Positions 13,974 to 27,190 of a stretch of DNA of 64,000 nucleotides are shown piece after piece. Every line of letters begins with the position of its first letter. The stretch's first letter is position 1. Made by a program: the position numbers and the translations under genes. The notes under the pieces were generated by a model. It saw nothing but the letters and a program-made list of their open reading frames with translations. It had not been told where the DNA came from and made no database searches. This DNA comes from Styela clava (lineage: Eukaryota). The stretch covers positions 9,486,001 through 9,550,000 of the forward strand of contig NC_135263.1 of NCBI RefSeq assembly GCF_964204865.1. Direction: 5' to 3'.

Positions 13974-15148
13974 AAGTCGAATCGTCATTAATACATTACA
14001 GATAAAAATTATTCTAATCTGTGAAAAACAGGTTAACTCAACAAAGTAGATGGGTGTGACAATAAATAGCGTTGTAAATTAGTAAGCATACCGCTTGGAA
14101 TCGTAAATGTAATGTATGCAGAAATGCAGAAATGTAATGTATTATAATATTTACTATATGGACATTTCGCCTCAATGTGTCTCCGACTAGACGTGTCACG
14201 TTATATTTATATTAATTAATATTGGGGTATATTTAATTTCACAAATATTGTTACCTGAAATGTTATCAGTATAGATTTTTTTACCATTCAAAAGTTTTCT
14301 TAAACCGTTCCAGGTTGTCAAGAATGCTAAAGCCCTCATTATTAATGAGACAATGTATGCATGTTTTTCCCCTCATGTTTGATAGATTATTTTTCGAGTG
14401 TGATTTATCACGCTGTCTATACAAATAGGTCACGGTTTGTTAAAATAAGTCATTTTAAATCATTACTTTTGCAGCTAAATATACAGGTTCTACGATATTG
14501 CTTGCAACAATTTTATCATTTTTCTATTGGTATATCTCCCTGCATAGTTGCATAAATTCATTAACATCTGCAAAGACACAGCAACTTCTTTAGGAAATAT
14601 TGGAACCCTTATACGGCTGACTTACCAAACAAATATACCTGCAGGGCAATATATCTAAATTAACAACAAAATAGTTACGCTATTTTAATCTAAACTGATA
14701 AGACTTGCACTGTCTTCTATGCTTCTCATTCATCTTTATTCAATGATTTCCTTTTGAGTCCATTTACAAAAACGTTTATATATATATAACAAGTGGATTT
14801 CAATGTCGATTCAAAAAACGAAACACGCAAACTTTCGCGGTAAGTGTGGGGGATGCTTCATATATATAAATTGATTGATTATTTTTTTGAATTCAGCAAC
14901 TGGTATTTATAGCGTAATAATTTCATTCACCTTACGAAGCATAACCCTTAAAATATATCACGGCCTGCTCAAATGAAGAAAACAAACTATGCGGGAAGAA
15001 ATGAAAGCTTTTTGATTTCTGAATATTTATTCTTAATAGGGTAATACTTTTGAAATAGTGTCAAACAAAGCAAAGTTAAATCTTTGTTAATGCAATAATA
15101 ATAAATGGAAACTCTATCTATGTCAACGTAGACTCAATGCTGAAAAAA

Positions 15149-15247
15149 GGCGCTCCAGAAGTATGTCCACCAAGATGGCGCACAACCTGAACCCCAATCT
15201 GATACACATATTATGTTCAGGTTGTGCGCCAATACTTCTGGAGGTCC
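15149..15247. mobile_element. MITE family A copy 2
   Basis: Same GGCGCTCCAGAAGTATG..CCAAGATGGCGCACAACCTGAAC core, flanked by a GAAAAAA direct repeat. Confidence 0.8.
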
Positions 15248-15263
15248 GAAAAAATCTATCACA

Positions 15264-15463
15264 ACAAATTTAGCAGTGCGATTAAAATAATGTATACACA
15301 TTCCAATGGGTGCTCCCGTAGTATGTACACCAAGATGGCGCACAGCCTGAACTCTAACCTGGTACACATACTATGTTCAGGATGTGCGCCATCTTGATGC
15401 ACATACTACGGGAGCGCCCATTAAAATGTGTATACATTGTTTTAATCGCACTGCTAAATTTGT
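15264..15463. mobile_element. MITE family A copy 3 (~15309-15418) inside an extra ~45-bp inverted-repeat shell
   Basis: ACAAATTTAGCAGTGCGATTAAAA..TGTATACACATT on the left and its reverse complement on the right enclose a family A copy. Confidence 0.8.
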
Positions 15464-15504
15464 TTATATCACAATTTATGCTTTAGGAATGCCTGTTGTC
15501 CATT

Positions 15505-18500
15505 TTATATTCTTGTTCTTGGTTTTAAGAAGTTGGGGCAAACTGGGATCCACTTTGTCCATTTCCAGTCAGTTTTAAAAGGAAGTTGGTACACAAGTCC
15601 GGATGATTTAGTACCGGACTTTGATGCATAAAATCCGACCAATCCTCTTTCTTCTCTTGTTCCTGTAAGGGGTTTTGCAATGATATAAAATGTGTGGTAC
15701 CACTTTATATAAATATTACACATGTACGTACCAGGTGCAATATTATCTAACGCAAATCCAACAATGCCTCCGACGAACATGGGACTGCGAATCAACACGC
15801 GAATAATATTATTGAGTTCTTCAATACCAACATCTACTCTGTCTCCATGTCTTACTGCGTACATTGGAAGAACAACTCCGAACAAAATACTGAATCCGAA
15901 AATGAATAAGTTCCTGGAAAGAGAATACTTTAGAAACAAAACGAAGAAGGCTAGAGAATATGAATATAGACATAGGTAGAGACTGGACGTCGAAATGATA
16001 AAATTTGGCAAGTGTGTACTGCCACACATAGATGTCGATCTATTATACTGCTTTACATACATATATATCAACTAAAATGACTCAAAAATTTCATTACGAA
16101 CAATCAGCTCGATTTAAGTATTGGCTTGGGATGTATATAATTTGAATTCGACTCCAATTCAGAGAAAATCAAATTTTGATAGCAAAGGTATTTGAACCTA
16201 CCTCTAATGCCAACCAAAAAATACTTTATTAGTACTTTTAAAACATTCATTTTTATTCTGAAATCTAACCTGTTTTTACTCATATCCACGTGTTTCAAAG
16301 TATCAACCCCGATTGCCAAGATCATTCCCATTGTAGCACATACAGTTCCACCAAGTACAACCACAGGAAGACTTGAAAATACACTCAAGAATTTTGTGAA
16401 AAGTCCAAAAATAAACATTATCAGTCCAGTTACTTGGAAAACCTGAAAATTAAATAACAAAATAAATTTGTGAATTCCAATGTTTTATTTTTATTTTAAA
16501 TAGGCTTGGTTTAGGTGGATAAGAATTTGATATAAAAAATATAAAAAGTAATATGTCTGTTATAGTGGAGAACTTTTTTTTGTACATGCGGCGCGTGCGT
16601 GAAGCACCTCGATCAAAATTCACTTCAAAACAGCGGTTAAAATGAGTGGGTATGTCATAGAGTTTTTTAATATGCTAAAGAGGATGAAAAAAATTGAGGG
16701 ACATTGTATAATACTGAATAACAATGACATGAATGGAACATTTTTTGGACCTCCTGAAGTATGCGCACCAAGATGGCACACAACCTGAACTCAGGTTGTG
16801 TACCAGGTTAGGGTTCAGGTTGTGCGACATCTTGGTGCGCATACTTCAGGAATACCATAAAATACAAACAAACACTTACCCTGCGACTCGCGACTTTTGA
16901 CACTCCAAGCAACACTATGTTGTGACTCCAAGTCGTTGTAGCGTTGCCGGTGCCAAACAGACCAGATAAAAGAATACAGATTCCTTCCATAAACACGCCT
17001 CTGATCAAAAACAATTTTTAAAGTAATAAAGAGAAATGCGTCCAAGAAAAGCACCAAGATTCCTGAAAAGATTGTCTGACGATGCTTTACGGAGGCGGTC
17101 AAGCGTGACAGAACAAAAAATTGTTTTACTCCAATGAAAACCGGAGGAGCAAAATTAGAGATGAAATATCGGGTACCATAAGACTCAGGAAAAAAAAATA
17201 GGAATATTGAAAAGACTTCTTGCGCCATAGAGTATTGAACATTTGAAATTTGTTGTTCCATTAGTAAAGTCATTTTTCACAACACTACTCACCCGAGCAA
17301 CAACAACAACAACAGGATGAACAACAACCATTCAGCAAAACGAGTTATAGACCTACATCGCGATCAGTAATTAAAATAAAAGGCCAGAATAATCACATTG
17401 AAGGATTGAATCTTGGACAATGATTTAGGTATACCTATTTATTTATAATGGGTCATTTATTTACTAACCGATTAACAGCATGTTTCGGTGGCGATGGTTC
17501 GTCACAAACAACAGCAGTTGCATTGTAATCCCCTATTGATTCCAATATTCCTGGCAATACCGCCGCCATCATTCCCAGAATGCTTCTTGCTGTAAATATT
17601 GGAAAGCCAAACTGGAACGGGTAGGGGAAGCGAATCCTGAAAAAGAAGTATCACTTAATAAATTGGGCAATTAGTTGGCGATATGCACTATACACAACGC
17701 CGGATTTACCATTAAACAATATAAGCACGTGCTTAGGGTAACAAGCAAAGAGGGGCACCAAAGAAATTTTAGAGCAGAATTTTATATAGTTTATCGGTGT
17801 TTAAAAATATTACGAGTTCACCAGACGACTCAAACCTCAAAATGTTCGCTTATTTTTTTCGTCTTCAATTATCATATTAACCTACTATATTAAAAATAAA
17901 CACTGAAACTTATTTATTGGACACGAAATGGGCCTATGAGTCGTTTTCTTAAATTGTTGTTGTTTTTTCTTTCTAGTATTCACTTTGTTGCTGCATTTTT
18001 GTTTTAAAAAAAGTTCTTTTCTCTTCAACAATTGGACCAATGAACTATTTACACTATGTGGCGGTTCCACGATCGCATTTCAACGATCTAGTGGTCAGCG
18101 AAGTCGGAAGTTTTTTGATAAGGTAGACCAGGGTGGTCCAAACCCTGTCATGCTGATACATTCCGTGCGGTTCACAGAACAATTTTAGCGTATATTTGTA
18201 TCTAATGGAGGAACGTTTTTGAGTTTTTTTTTAGGTATTCCAACTGGGGTCGAGATCCCGAGATTCAAACCCCTTTTCCAACGCTTTGTGCCTTTATTTT
18301 AGTAAAAACACTCCTATATTTACAAGCGTCGGCCATGTGACAGTAGTGACGAAACGCAGAGCCGACTTAACGCTGCGCAATCCAGTTTTTTTTTTAGCTA
18401 GGTCCCGAAATACTTAGACGGACTTGGTTGGTATTTGACAATGGCTCTTAGCTTGCTCACGCTGCAAGTTTTTAAATTACTCAATATAACAATTCGTAAT

Positions 18501-21500
18501 AAAATGAGTGTCGAAAGAAAGGTGACATAAGGAAAACACGGCGGAAACGTATTTCCTTGCCCATCACACAGTGCCTGGTTTCATTTCAAGTAATATCTGT
18601 CACGAAAGAATATAAATTGAAGCTACATTAAACGCAAGATGGGCAAAGTACAACGGTAATTCTCGGGAATTAACTTTAAAATAACTGAACGCTATATATA
18701 TCTTATTTAAAAGAACGCCACCCATGCAACATATTAATAGTCTGATTAGAACGGTAAACTCTCGTTGTTTATTAAATTCAAAGTAAGTAAACTCGCGATA
18801 TTTCGATCACTTGCGGCCCGCGAGCCCTCCTCAAAAGTTTTTGCGGCGATATATCGGTTGAGCTCTAATCCTGAGGGAGTCACAACTATAGTTTGAAATT
18901 TTACCGGTGACTACTAGGTACCGGTAAAATTTCAAACTATAGTTGTGACTTGTATCATTTGGTATTTCGATTCACGTTGAGACTGGAGACATGAATCTTT
19001 ATTGTCACACTCCCTCAGGATTAGAGCTCAACCGATATATCGCCCGGTATTGCGTGTTTGCCGATATTGAAAAACCTTAAAATGTTCGTAAAAGTTGTTT
19101 TATTTACTGTTGGTTGTGATTATTTTTAATGAATAATCCACTTTTGAGGTTTATTGTTTTTGTAATTAAATTGCACATGAGGGGTCACCAAAGTCTTCAG
19201 TGCTTATAGGGCACCAAAGGGGCTTAATCCGCCCCCGACTATACATTTGACTTCGTGTAAACAATAGAAATGGTCAGCTGAAAATTTCTCTGCTAACAAT
19301 AAAACTAAACCAAGATGAGTGACGCTAATTTACAGTTTCGAATTTCGTGAGATGATATCGTTATGAATGTTTCCCCAAGCATTAACGTGTTTTGTTTATT
19401 TTCGTTACATTGACTAACAATAATATATCAAAGGTGACGCAACGATTGAAATTCTGAAAGTCGCTTAGAGACATTTTTAACTAAGACAGAGTTTCAGATT
19501 TTTAGGCATTATCTAATACTTTTAGCGGATATTTGTCAGTTTTTAGTTGCATTTCCGAAATGTGGATATGCAATTTATGGTCATTTTGAAGATTTTGTTT
19601 TCCCTAAAAAAAAATCTGATATATATACTATAATAAGCTAAAATTATTTATCTTTTGAATGACAGGACTATTTTGAATCAAAATGTTAGTTATGAAACAG
19701 GGTAACAATTTGTAAGTGCCAACTGGCAAAAATCTATTAAGAATTTTGTAATAGTGAAATATAGGGAGTGATTTTCTGAGTTCAAGAGTCAGAGGAAACT
19801 CATTAATCATTTTATAAACAACCAAAACATTTGAAATACATATCATACAACCCATTAATTTTAATTATATATTTCACACTGGTAATAACGGGGATAATGA
19901 CATACAATTTAAATACGAAATTTACATATTTTTTATAATAATGTAGATATGCATTGTAGATGCTATAAATATCTATAGTACAAAGCTGACAGGTTCTTAC
20001 CACGGGCTTCTCGAAATTGCATTAGACCCGTCAGTGCGAGCATTATATGATGGATCGTTCGGATCATCAGAAAAACCACCAGCGATTGTAATAACGTAGC
20101 ATACAAACCAACCCAACAACGTCGCTAGTAGTATCTGAGTGAAAAAGAGGTCTGTTACTTAAAAACCAGATTATATATTTGAGCTATTCACTACATAGCC
20201 GCCAGAAAACAGCAACTGTAGGTTCTGTACAGCATTTTAATTTGCTTCGCTCGATCTGACTGAAAAGCACATTTATCGTTCTATAGCGTTTCCCATAAAC
20301 ATATCAATAGTAAATATTTTCAGTAAAATATTTTGAATTTTTACTGAACTGATAAAAGTAAGTAGGTCTGCTTTATTGCTTTAATCACTTGCAATAATTA
20401 TATTTTAAGAAGTGAGAATTTATGTACTTCATATAATTATTTTACAATCAATCTCACCGGGAACATGGAAAATAAAGGCAATTTCGATTTTGACGTAATC
20501 TTCAATTTGTTTCTCTTGAACTCGCAATTAGGAATCGGTACAAGTACTTTTTCCATGCATATCGCAAATATGAAGAACAATGCAACAACTCTGTAAAACA
20601 TTTGCTAAAATAATCGAACATTCAGAACATAGAGCGCTTATGCACAAGCCGTATATAATCCATAATAAATAATCAAATATAATCTTAAATTTAATTGACG
20701 AATATAGCAGCAATATGTTTATAAAAACAACAATTGTGCGATTTACTTTTATGACGGATATTTTGCAAATGTTGATTGCCTGAACGGCTTAAACATATTA
20801 GCTTGTCCCCAATTTTATGATGGATCAGCTTCAACCAAAATCCATCAGCGTTTCAAACAAGCTAATAATTCCGATAACAATTTTTTGAGTATACTATTTT
20901 TTGAGTCTTTCATTGGCTCAAAAAAATAATCAGTCCGAATTAGTTTTTGAATTTTCAGACCATTATTAATTAAAGATGCCATACACTCATACTGAATTTT
21001 AAATAATCTACATTATATTTTCAGTTTTTACTAACACCAAATCTTTGTTTCGCATATTTGCGATGTTGATTTGCTGTCGTTGTAAACATTGTTGAAATAT
21101 TTACCGCAAACAGTCATGGACAGAACACACATGTAAAACAAACATAAATGTATCACGGTAGCAATGTTAAGTTCATACAAGAGAGAGATTCCCCATTGAT
21201 CACTCGATATCTGTTCGGCTGTTTCAAATATACCATACGAAAGCAAAACCAAGGTAGGTGCAATGGTGAGCGGTCCGATGAAACGTAGTAAGAATCCCAT
21301 GGCACCAGTCAAGCCAAGCGCCAACTGTAGAAACGAAGCGCAAATGATGCCGCCCTGTATCTGTAAAATAGCAATCGTTTTCAAATTTGCATTAGGAAAA
21401 TCATTGATAATATAACAAAATAATATTGGCGCAAATCAAATAAACTGAACATCTTGCATCTGTCTTTTTGAATGAATATATGGATCCTTAAACATTGAAC

Positions 21501-23568
21501 AATTTTGCATGAAATATTAGGAAAAAGACTGAAAGTCGAAATATGGCAAATTTGATATATTTTTTGCATAATCGTTATATAACTTTTTTTAAGTGTGTTT
21601 GCAATAAAGAAATTTATTTACTATACGCCTAAGAACTGTGGCAACTAATTGAGGGCTCAGTTACTTTTGCATAAAAATTGTAACCTTGTCACCAAAATTA
21701 AACAATTTCAAAAACGAGAATATCGGTCGGAGACCGAAGACTTACCGATCGAAGGTTAGGGGATTCCCCAAAACAGCTTCGAGCAAGTGACACCGTGTGT
21801 CCTATCACTAATTAATTAAAAACTCGCTAATTATACGACATAATTCATCTAAAATCAATAGGCTTCTGATCCGAGCTATGATGAATGCACATGCAAAATT
21901 TGAAGATTCAACCTCGCTTTCGTGAGATATCGCGTGCATCTAACAGACAGACAGACAAACAGACAAATACCTATCAACATACTTACCGATTAAAATCGAT
22001 AAGTAATTACCGATTAAAATCGATAAGTAATAAGTAACATATTAATTACTTCATGTAGACGAAGAAGCCAAAGTTCATTGCTACTTCTTATAATTCCATC
22101 GTTGTCTCTGTAATAATTTGATTCGTCATCTACATTTATTGTTTTGTTCATCAGGTTATCATGAATTGTTTTGCTTGAATTTTGACCCAACTCGACCGAA
22201 AAGTCGATGTGAGAAGAATTTGGATTCAAGTCCAATTGTGCCGGACATTTGAGGTCGGGTGAACTCATTATACTTATCTGAGATGATAAATAAGCTGCGG
22301 TCAAACTCTCAATCAGCGGGAGTCTGAATATAGAGTAAACTGTTTCAATTTTGAAGGTAAGAAAAGACAACACACTATTAATACATAGCCATCCATACCA
22401 CGCGGTTCGGATTAGCGTGTAATGCTTGCAATACAGATGAAGAGTTCTAGATCAATGAGCATCAGCTATCAGTCACATTCTGTACCTTTGCGTAATTTTG
22501 TTTCGGAGTTGCCTATATATTTACTGTGTCTTACTGTTGTAGTAACATTTGTATGTATTTCATTGCCGCAAAAGTGTGGCGAACTGATCATTAGTACTAT
22601 ATTTAATTCTAAGATTTTGAATTAATTTGTATTGAGCATAATTCAGCCCAGTAGGTAAAGTGGATCTTCTGTAGAAAGCACCCGCCAATAAAAAAAACCG
22701 GCCGCCGCTTGAAATAATAATCTAGTGATTATCTAGTTGCAATTTTCATTGATTGATGGAATGAAGCTATGTCAGTGTTAGCGAACGCGCAATTACCTAA
22801 AACGTGGCGACCGCAATCTGCAGAACTTAAAATGCGACTGGGTGTTTTTCTCAAATCTCATATTTTTTGCATCAGTGGCAGGAGCTTTCTATACAAAAGA
22901 TCCGTGGACGTTTTGAGGTCAAGAGTTTCATGTACATCTCACCGTAATCCGAATGTTGTTTGAATGAAGGTAGAAATCCCGGAAACCACAAAAACAGTTC
23001 CAATCATATATGTTTTGTAATCAGTCACGGCTTCTGAATTATCAGCACACATGACAGTCATAACGATCAAAGGAAACGTTACCATGAGGCTGATACATAG
23101 AAGAAATTGCTGAAATATAAATGCGCAATGTTTTCTATTGGTTATAAAAAGGGACGCTCCCGAAGTATGTACACCAAGATGGCGCACAACCTGAACTCTA
23201 ACCTGGTGCACATACTATTTTCAGGTTGTGCGCCATCTTGGTACACATACTTCTGGAGGTCTAAAAAAGTATACTGTCTACTCGATTTAGATTTTCCTCA
23301 TCTGTTGAAATGCTAAAATAAGCCGAAAATTATTGAATAAGATAATATTTATTCCCTTGAGCTTAAACAATACCTGGAAACCGAACAAGGAAGATGTATA
23401 CCATGGAGGAGATTCGTCTACTCGATAAAGCAAAGAGTCGTTTGATTTGTCTTCACCACTTTCAGTACGAATATCACCATTGCTGCTTAACGTGACTGTG
23501 GCCACAGATTCCTCCCGTGTATTAACACACTTTGAATCATCTTGGCGTTTACATGATTTGTTTCCCAT
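15505..23568 (-). CDS. SLC23/NAT (NCS2) nucleobase-ascorbate transporter, SLC23A1/A2-like
   Basis: 11 exons (minus): 23374-23568 (LLYRVDESPPWY..FGFQ), 22943-23109 (IGTVFVVSGISTFIQTTFG), 22050-22323, 21179-21360 (IQGGII..GFLLRFIGPLTIAPTL), 20458-20590 (LFSMFP), 20001-20134 (ARTD), 17469-17636 (FPYPFQFG..ESIGDY..PPKHAVNR), 16880-17000 (GVFMEG..GTGNATT..KVASRR), 16270-16442, 15732-15913 (MFVGGIVGFALDNIAPG), 15505-15662 (TREERGL..WIPVCPNF). Confidence 0.93.
16747..16853. mobile_element. MITE family A copy 4 (SLC23 intron)
   Basis: CCTGAAGTATGCGCACCAAGATGGCACACAACCTGAAC...GTTCAGGTTGTGCGACATCTTGGTGCGCATACTTCAGG. Confidence 0.8.
18845..19044. repeat. Nested perfect inverted repeats (36-bp outer stem, 31-bp inner hairpin) in an SLC23 intron
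   Basis: Outer arms 18845-18880 and 19009-19044. Inner arms 18878-18908 and 18920-18950 with an 11-nt loop. Confidence 0.9.
21711..22030. mobile_element. Non-autonomous Helentron/DINE-1-like (HINE) element
   Basis: Subterminal ACTTACCGAT motif near the start, an internal (GACA)n microsatellite, and a terminal stem-loop ACTTACCGAT-TAAA-ATCGATAAGT that is tandemly duplicated (21981-22030). Confidence 0.6.
23151..23261. mobile_element. MITE family A copy 5 (SLC23 intron 1)
   Basis: Same palindromic core, with A-rich direct flanks (TAAAAA). Confidence 0.8.
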
Positions 23569-25396
23569 TTTTGCTTGTAGTATTCTGTCAATAGGTTTAG
23601 TACCGAATCGTTGAAGATGGAATTGCGATATCCGTAAAAATAAAATATGTAGTTAACATAATATACATGTATCTTTCAGGTACAAGTATCTCAATAAATG
23701 CTTGAGTAGACTAGTAGTAATATGGATGAAGTCTTCTCCCTTATCTGAGTAATAAATCTTCTATAGCCTATATTCTCGAAACACTTATCATTTACGCTTC
23801 ATCGGATAAAAACCTAGAGATATATTATGCTCGAAATATAACACTCATTCTCACACGCAATACAAACGTTTTGATAGATAAGATTGATTTTAGAGAGCGG
23901 ATGACAAGTGGAAATGATGTAGGCCTGCCTATTCGCTGTGATTGATTCGTTTTTGTTTTGTATTTCGAGATGTACTGATAAACGTTTGGTATATATACAT
24001 AAATGTTTGAAATCTCATACGAGACTTGCTAAGCCATTATTTCAGGCCTCACACACCGCTAATCGACTGATCCTCATGTGGGCTATTAAGATCGCATATA
24101 AAGTTCAGGTTTGATATTTTTTAAGGGTTCGCAACAAGATGTGTATTACCAATTACGCGTCAAATATTATTCGTATATTGTGGGCAAATGTGTTTTGAGA
24201 TTTTTTATTTGTACATATATATAGTATTCAAGAATGCGTTTTGGTATCGGAGCCACTGTTTTCGACAACAATGCTATACTTTGAACTAGAGCGGTTTTCA
24301 CTGTTCTCTCTTTTTCAATCCGTCCGTGTTTTCTGCTGCATAATAAAGTTCTTCGCCTGCGTCATCATGCCATTGAAGCTATTGTGAGGGTTTGCAGCAC
24401 ACGGAATCACAACGAGTATATATATATATACTTAATTGCGAATCCGCTTCTGTTAATTTGGCTTTGCTAATACAGACAGGGATATTTAAAATGCACCAAA
24501 TTCCCATTTGTCTGTTTTGGCATTCAACTGAATTCAGTCGGTTTGAAATTATCGACGTTAAATTGTTCAAGCCAACAAAGCTGGTATGCTAGTTCAGTGG
24601 TTCCCAACATTTTTATCTTAATTTCCCACTTTCGATTCAGGCTGAGTTTTCATTCCCCACAACATACAACACATCGACTCCCTTAAAAAAAGATAATTTC
24701 CCGTCAATAATAATTGATAAGATTTTCTTCAGTAAAGAAAGTTCTTTGCAATTGGTGCAGAAGTTGAAACCCCGCGAGAACAATCAATGCCCTTTCTAGC
24801 ATTCCAAGACAGTGACGATCCGTGTAAAAAAAACAGTGTTATTCATCGAATAGAAAAATTAAACGCATACGATTACAGAGAACGCATAAGATTACAAAGA
24901 ACGCATCAGAGTTTACATTACACCGTCATGTTTTTTTAATATGATAGACCGGATGTCGGGATCTATTTTTGAAAATGGCATTTTCAAAATGCGCATCATT
25001 GTTATTGCACAAGGCGACTTGCTTAACGCCGTAGACGTGCTCGGCAGAATATCAGCACACTCTACCAGACAAGTTTTATCAATATCTCACGATGTTATGG
25101 GCCCTTTTGGTCATTGCTATTTGCAGGACAACTGCATAAGATACATTCACTATCGCCTTTAAACTTATCTGAAATTGTCCCATGCTGTCGAATTTCATCT
25201 TTTTCACTCGACTCGCCTAAATGTTTTCAGCCAAATGAGAATAGATCTTTGAAATATGTTGCTTCAGTTGAGGAAGCTTCATAGAACAATTGGAAAGGGG
25301 CTTGAGGCAAACAACGCATTGCGGAAGTTGCTCAAAATTTCTCTTTACAGATCTGAAACCGTAGCCGAGATAACTATGATCGTACTTTCATTTTAC

Positions 25397-25585
25397 GGTG
25401 TTCGTACATTTGAACCCATGTGTATATCGCGGGTTCAATCTATATGCGGGTGCTAAAACCCATGGGTTAGGGTTAGTATGGGTTCAAATATCTGTAATAC
25501 AAACAAAAAATGTACATAGGTGCAATAGTATGCAGGTGCAATTGTCGTGGGTTCAAATGCACGTGGGTTCAATTGTAATGGAACC
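25397..25585. mobile_element. Small Mutator-like MITE with 9-bp TSD nested in the hAT element
   Basis: TSD TCATTTTAC at 25388-25396 and 25586-25594, with imperfect TIRs (GGTGTTCGTACATTTGAACCC / GGGTTCAATTGTAATGGAACC). It interrupts one copy of a ~120-bp tandem duplication whose uninterrupted copy is at ~25640-25760. Confidence 0.75.
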
Positions 25586-25826
25586 TCATTTTACATTAGC
25601 CATTACCTTTTATAACAGTTTATCAGAATGACGTCACGGGCCAGAAAATTTCTCTTTACAGACCTGACACCGTAGCCGGGATAACTATGATCGTACTTCC
25701 TTTTACATTAGCCATTACATTTCATAACGGTGTAGCAGAATGACGGCACGGGCGTATTTCCGGGAAATGTGATAATAGACTGTCGCCATTTGCGGCAACA
25801 AATAACTTTTTACGTAACCTTCAGAT

Positions 25827-26668
25827 CAGGGGTCGCCAAACTGCTGCCCGCGGGTCATATGCGGCCCGCGAACGCCTTTTTTGCGGCCCTCGAATGACTT
25901 TTAACTCATAAAGCGAAAATTGCCCCAAATGTATTGTATCCACATGGATTTATTTGGTAACAAGTACCGCTTGTTTTATAGCAAGTAGTGTCAGTTGTAG
26001 CCTATGTCATATGTCGTTTACTTAAACGTCCCATCGTTGGTTGTAATTATAAGCTAAGTTTATTTTGATTTTTAAAATTTGAAAATGTATGGGAAACGGA
26101 GGAAAGTTTGCGACGAGGGCCGAACATTCCAAAGTGGAGAGGAAAAATATTTTTCTTTTTCGCGCGTTTCAAAACCAGTTTGCTTGATATTCTAGGTCGG
26201 CATCGCAGTTAAGGTATTTAATGTTAAAAGTGTCATTGCAAAAACGAAATTCGACCCCGATCTGCTCATCTGAGCGACAGTGTAAAACGTGAAGTGTGCA
26301 CGTTCGAAAGCACAATATTGCCGTGAGCAGCACTATCTAAACGGTATTACACTAAGATTAAATTTCGTACCCGCTTGTCAGATCGTCAATTGATTTTAAC
26401 GCTTTGGCCATGACACAGAAATAAATTTATCCTTCACACTGTTAATAACTAAATAAAAATATGTATTGTTCGATAAAATATATAAAAAGGTACACGTACA
26501 ATATATAAACATACACGTCTCATTGTGGCAGCCTTTTAATAACACAGCAATAGGTGCGAGTGCGCCATAATTTGAAGTTAAATGTGGCGATTGTTTATAG
26601 CCGGAAATTTATGCGGCCCGTACGCTACCGGAAAAGTGGATATTCGGCCCGCAAGTACATAAAGTTTG
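25827..26668 (+). mobile_element. Charlie/SPIN-like hAT deletion derivative
   Basis: Starts CAGGGGTCGCCAAAC with CGGCCCGC subterminal repeats at both ends. Contains degenerate KRRKV..EGRTFQ..KPVCLI (SPIN/GTF2IRD2-like N-terminus) and FRTRLSD remnants. Confidence 0.6.
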
Positions 26669-26989
26669 CTTTAGTTTAGTGCTTTAAACTGCTTTAGTTT
26701 AGATAGGGCATGGGTCGGCAACCTTTTGTCGCTACATGAGCAAAACGCGATCAGAATATCACGGCCAACAACGTTATTTCACCAAAATTTCGAATGGCTT
26801 ATATTGAACTTTTTCCGTTTTATGGCATAACGTCAAGGACCCTAATACCGCCACCCCCGCAAACTCTGCCTGCCCACTTTCAACGCACGGTATCTGAAAA
26901 ACATGAGGACGCACACAGTTTCAATCAACACAAGCATGTTCGTGACATCTAGTGGATTATTTTTGATTTTTATTATAAAGTTTATTACT

Positions 26990-27190
26990 ATCGTGTATTT
27001 TGTTTTTTAAGTTTGGCCCAAGCCTCATTTAATTGGGCTTGTGTTTTTGTGTGCGTGCTGGTGGGCAGGCACATGAGATACTTCATGTTTTAAACTTTTT
27101 TGTAGGTTTTGCTTGCCCTCCAGAATTCTCCATTTTAAATTTAGGTTTGTTATGGAGTTTTCGAAATAAACTATCTATCTATCTATCTAT
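26990..27190 (+). mobile_element. Probable 3' end of a non-LTR retroelement
   Basis: Ends in AATAAA followed directly by a (CTAT)4 microsatellite tail. No coding remnant was recognised. Confidence 0.4.
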
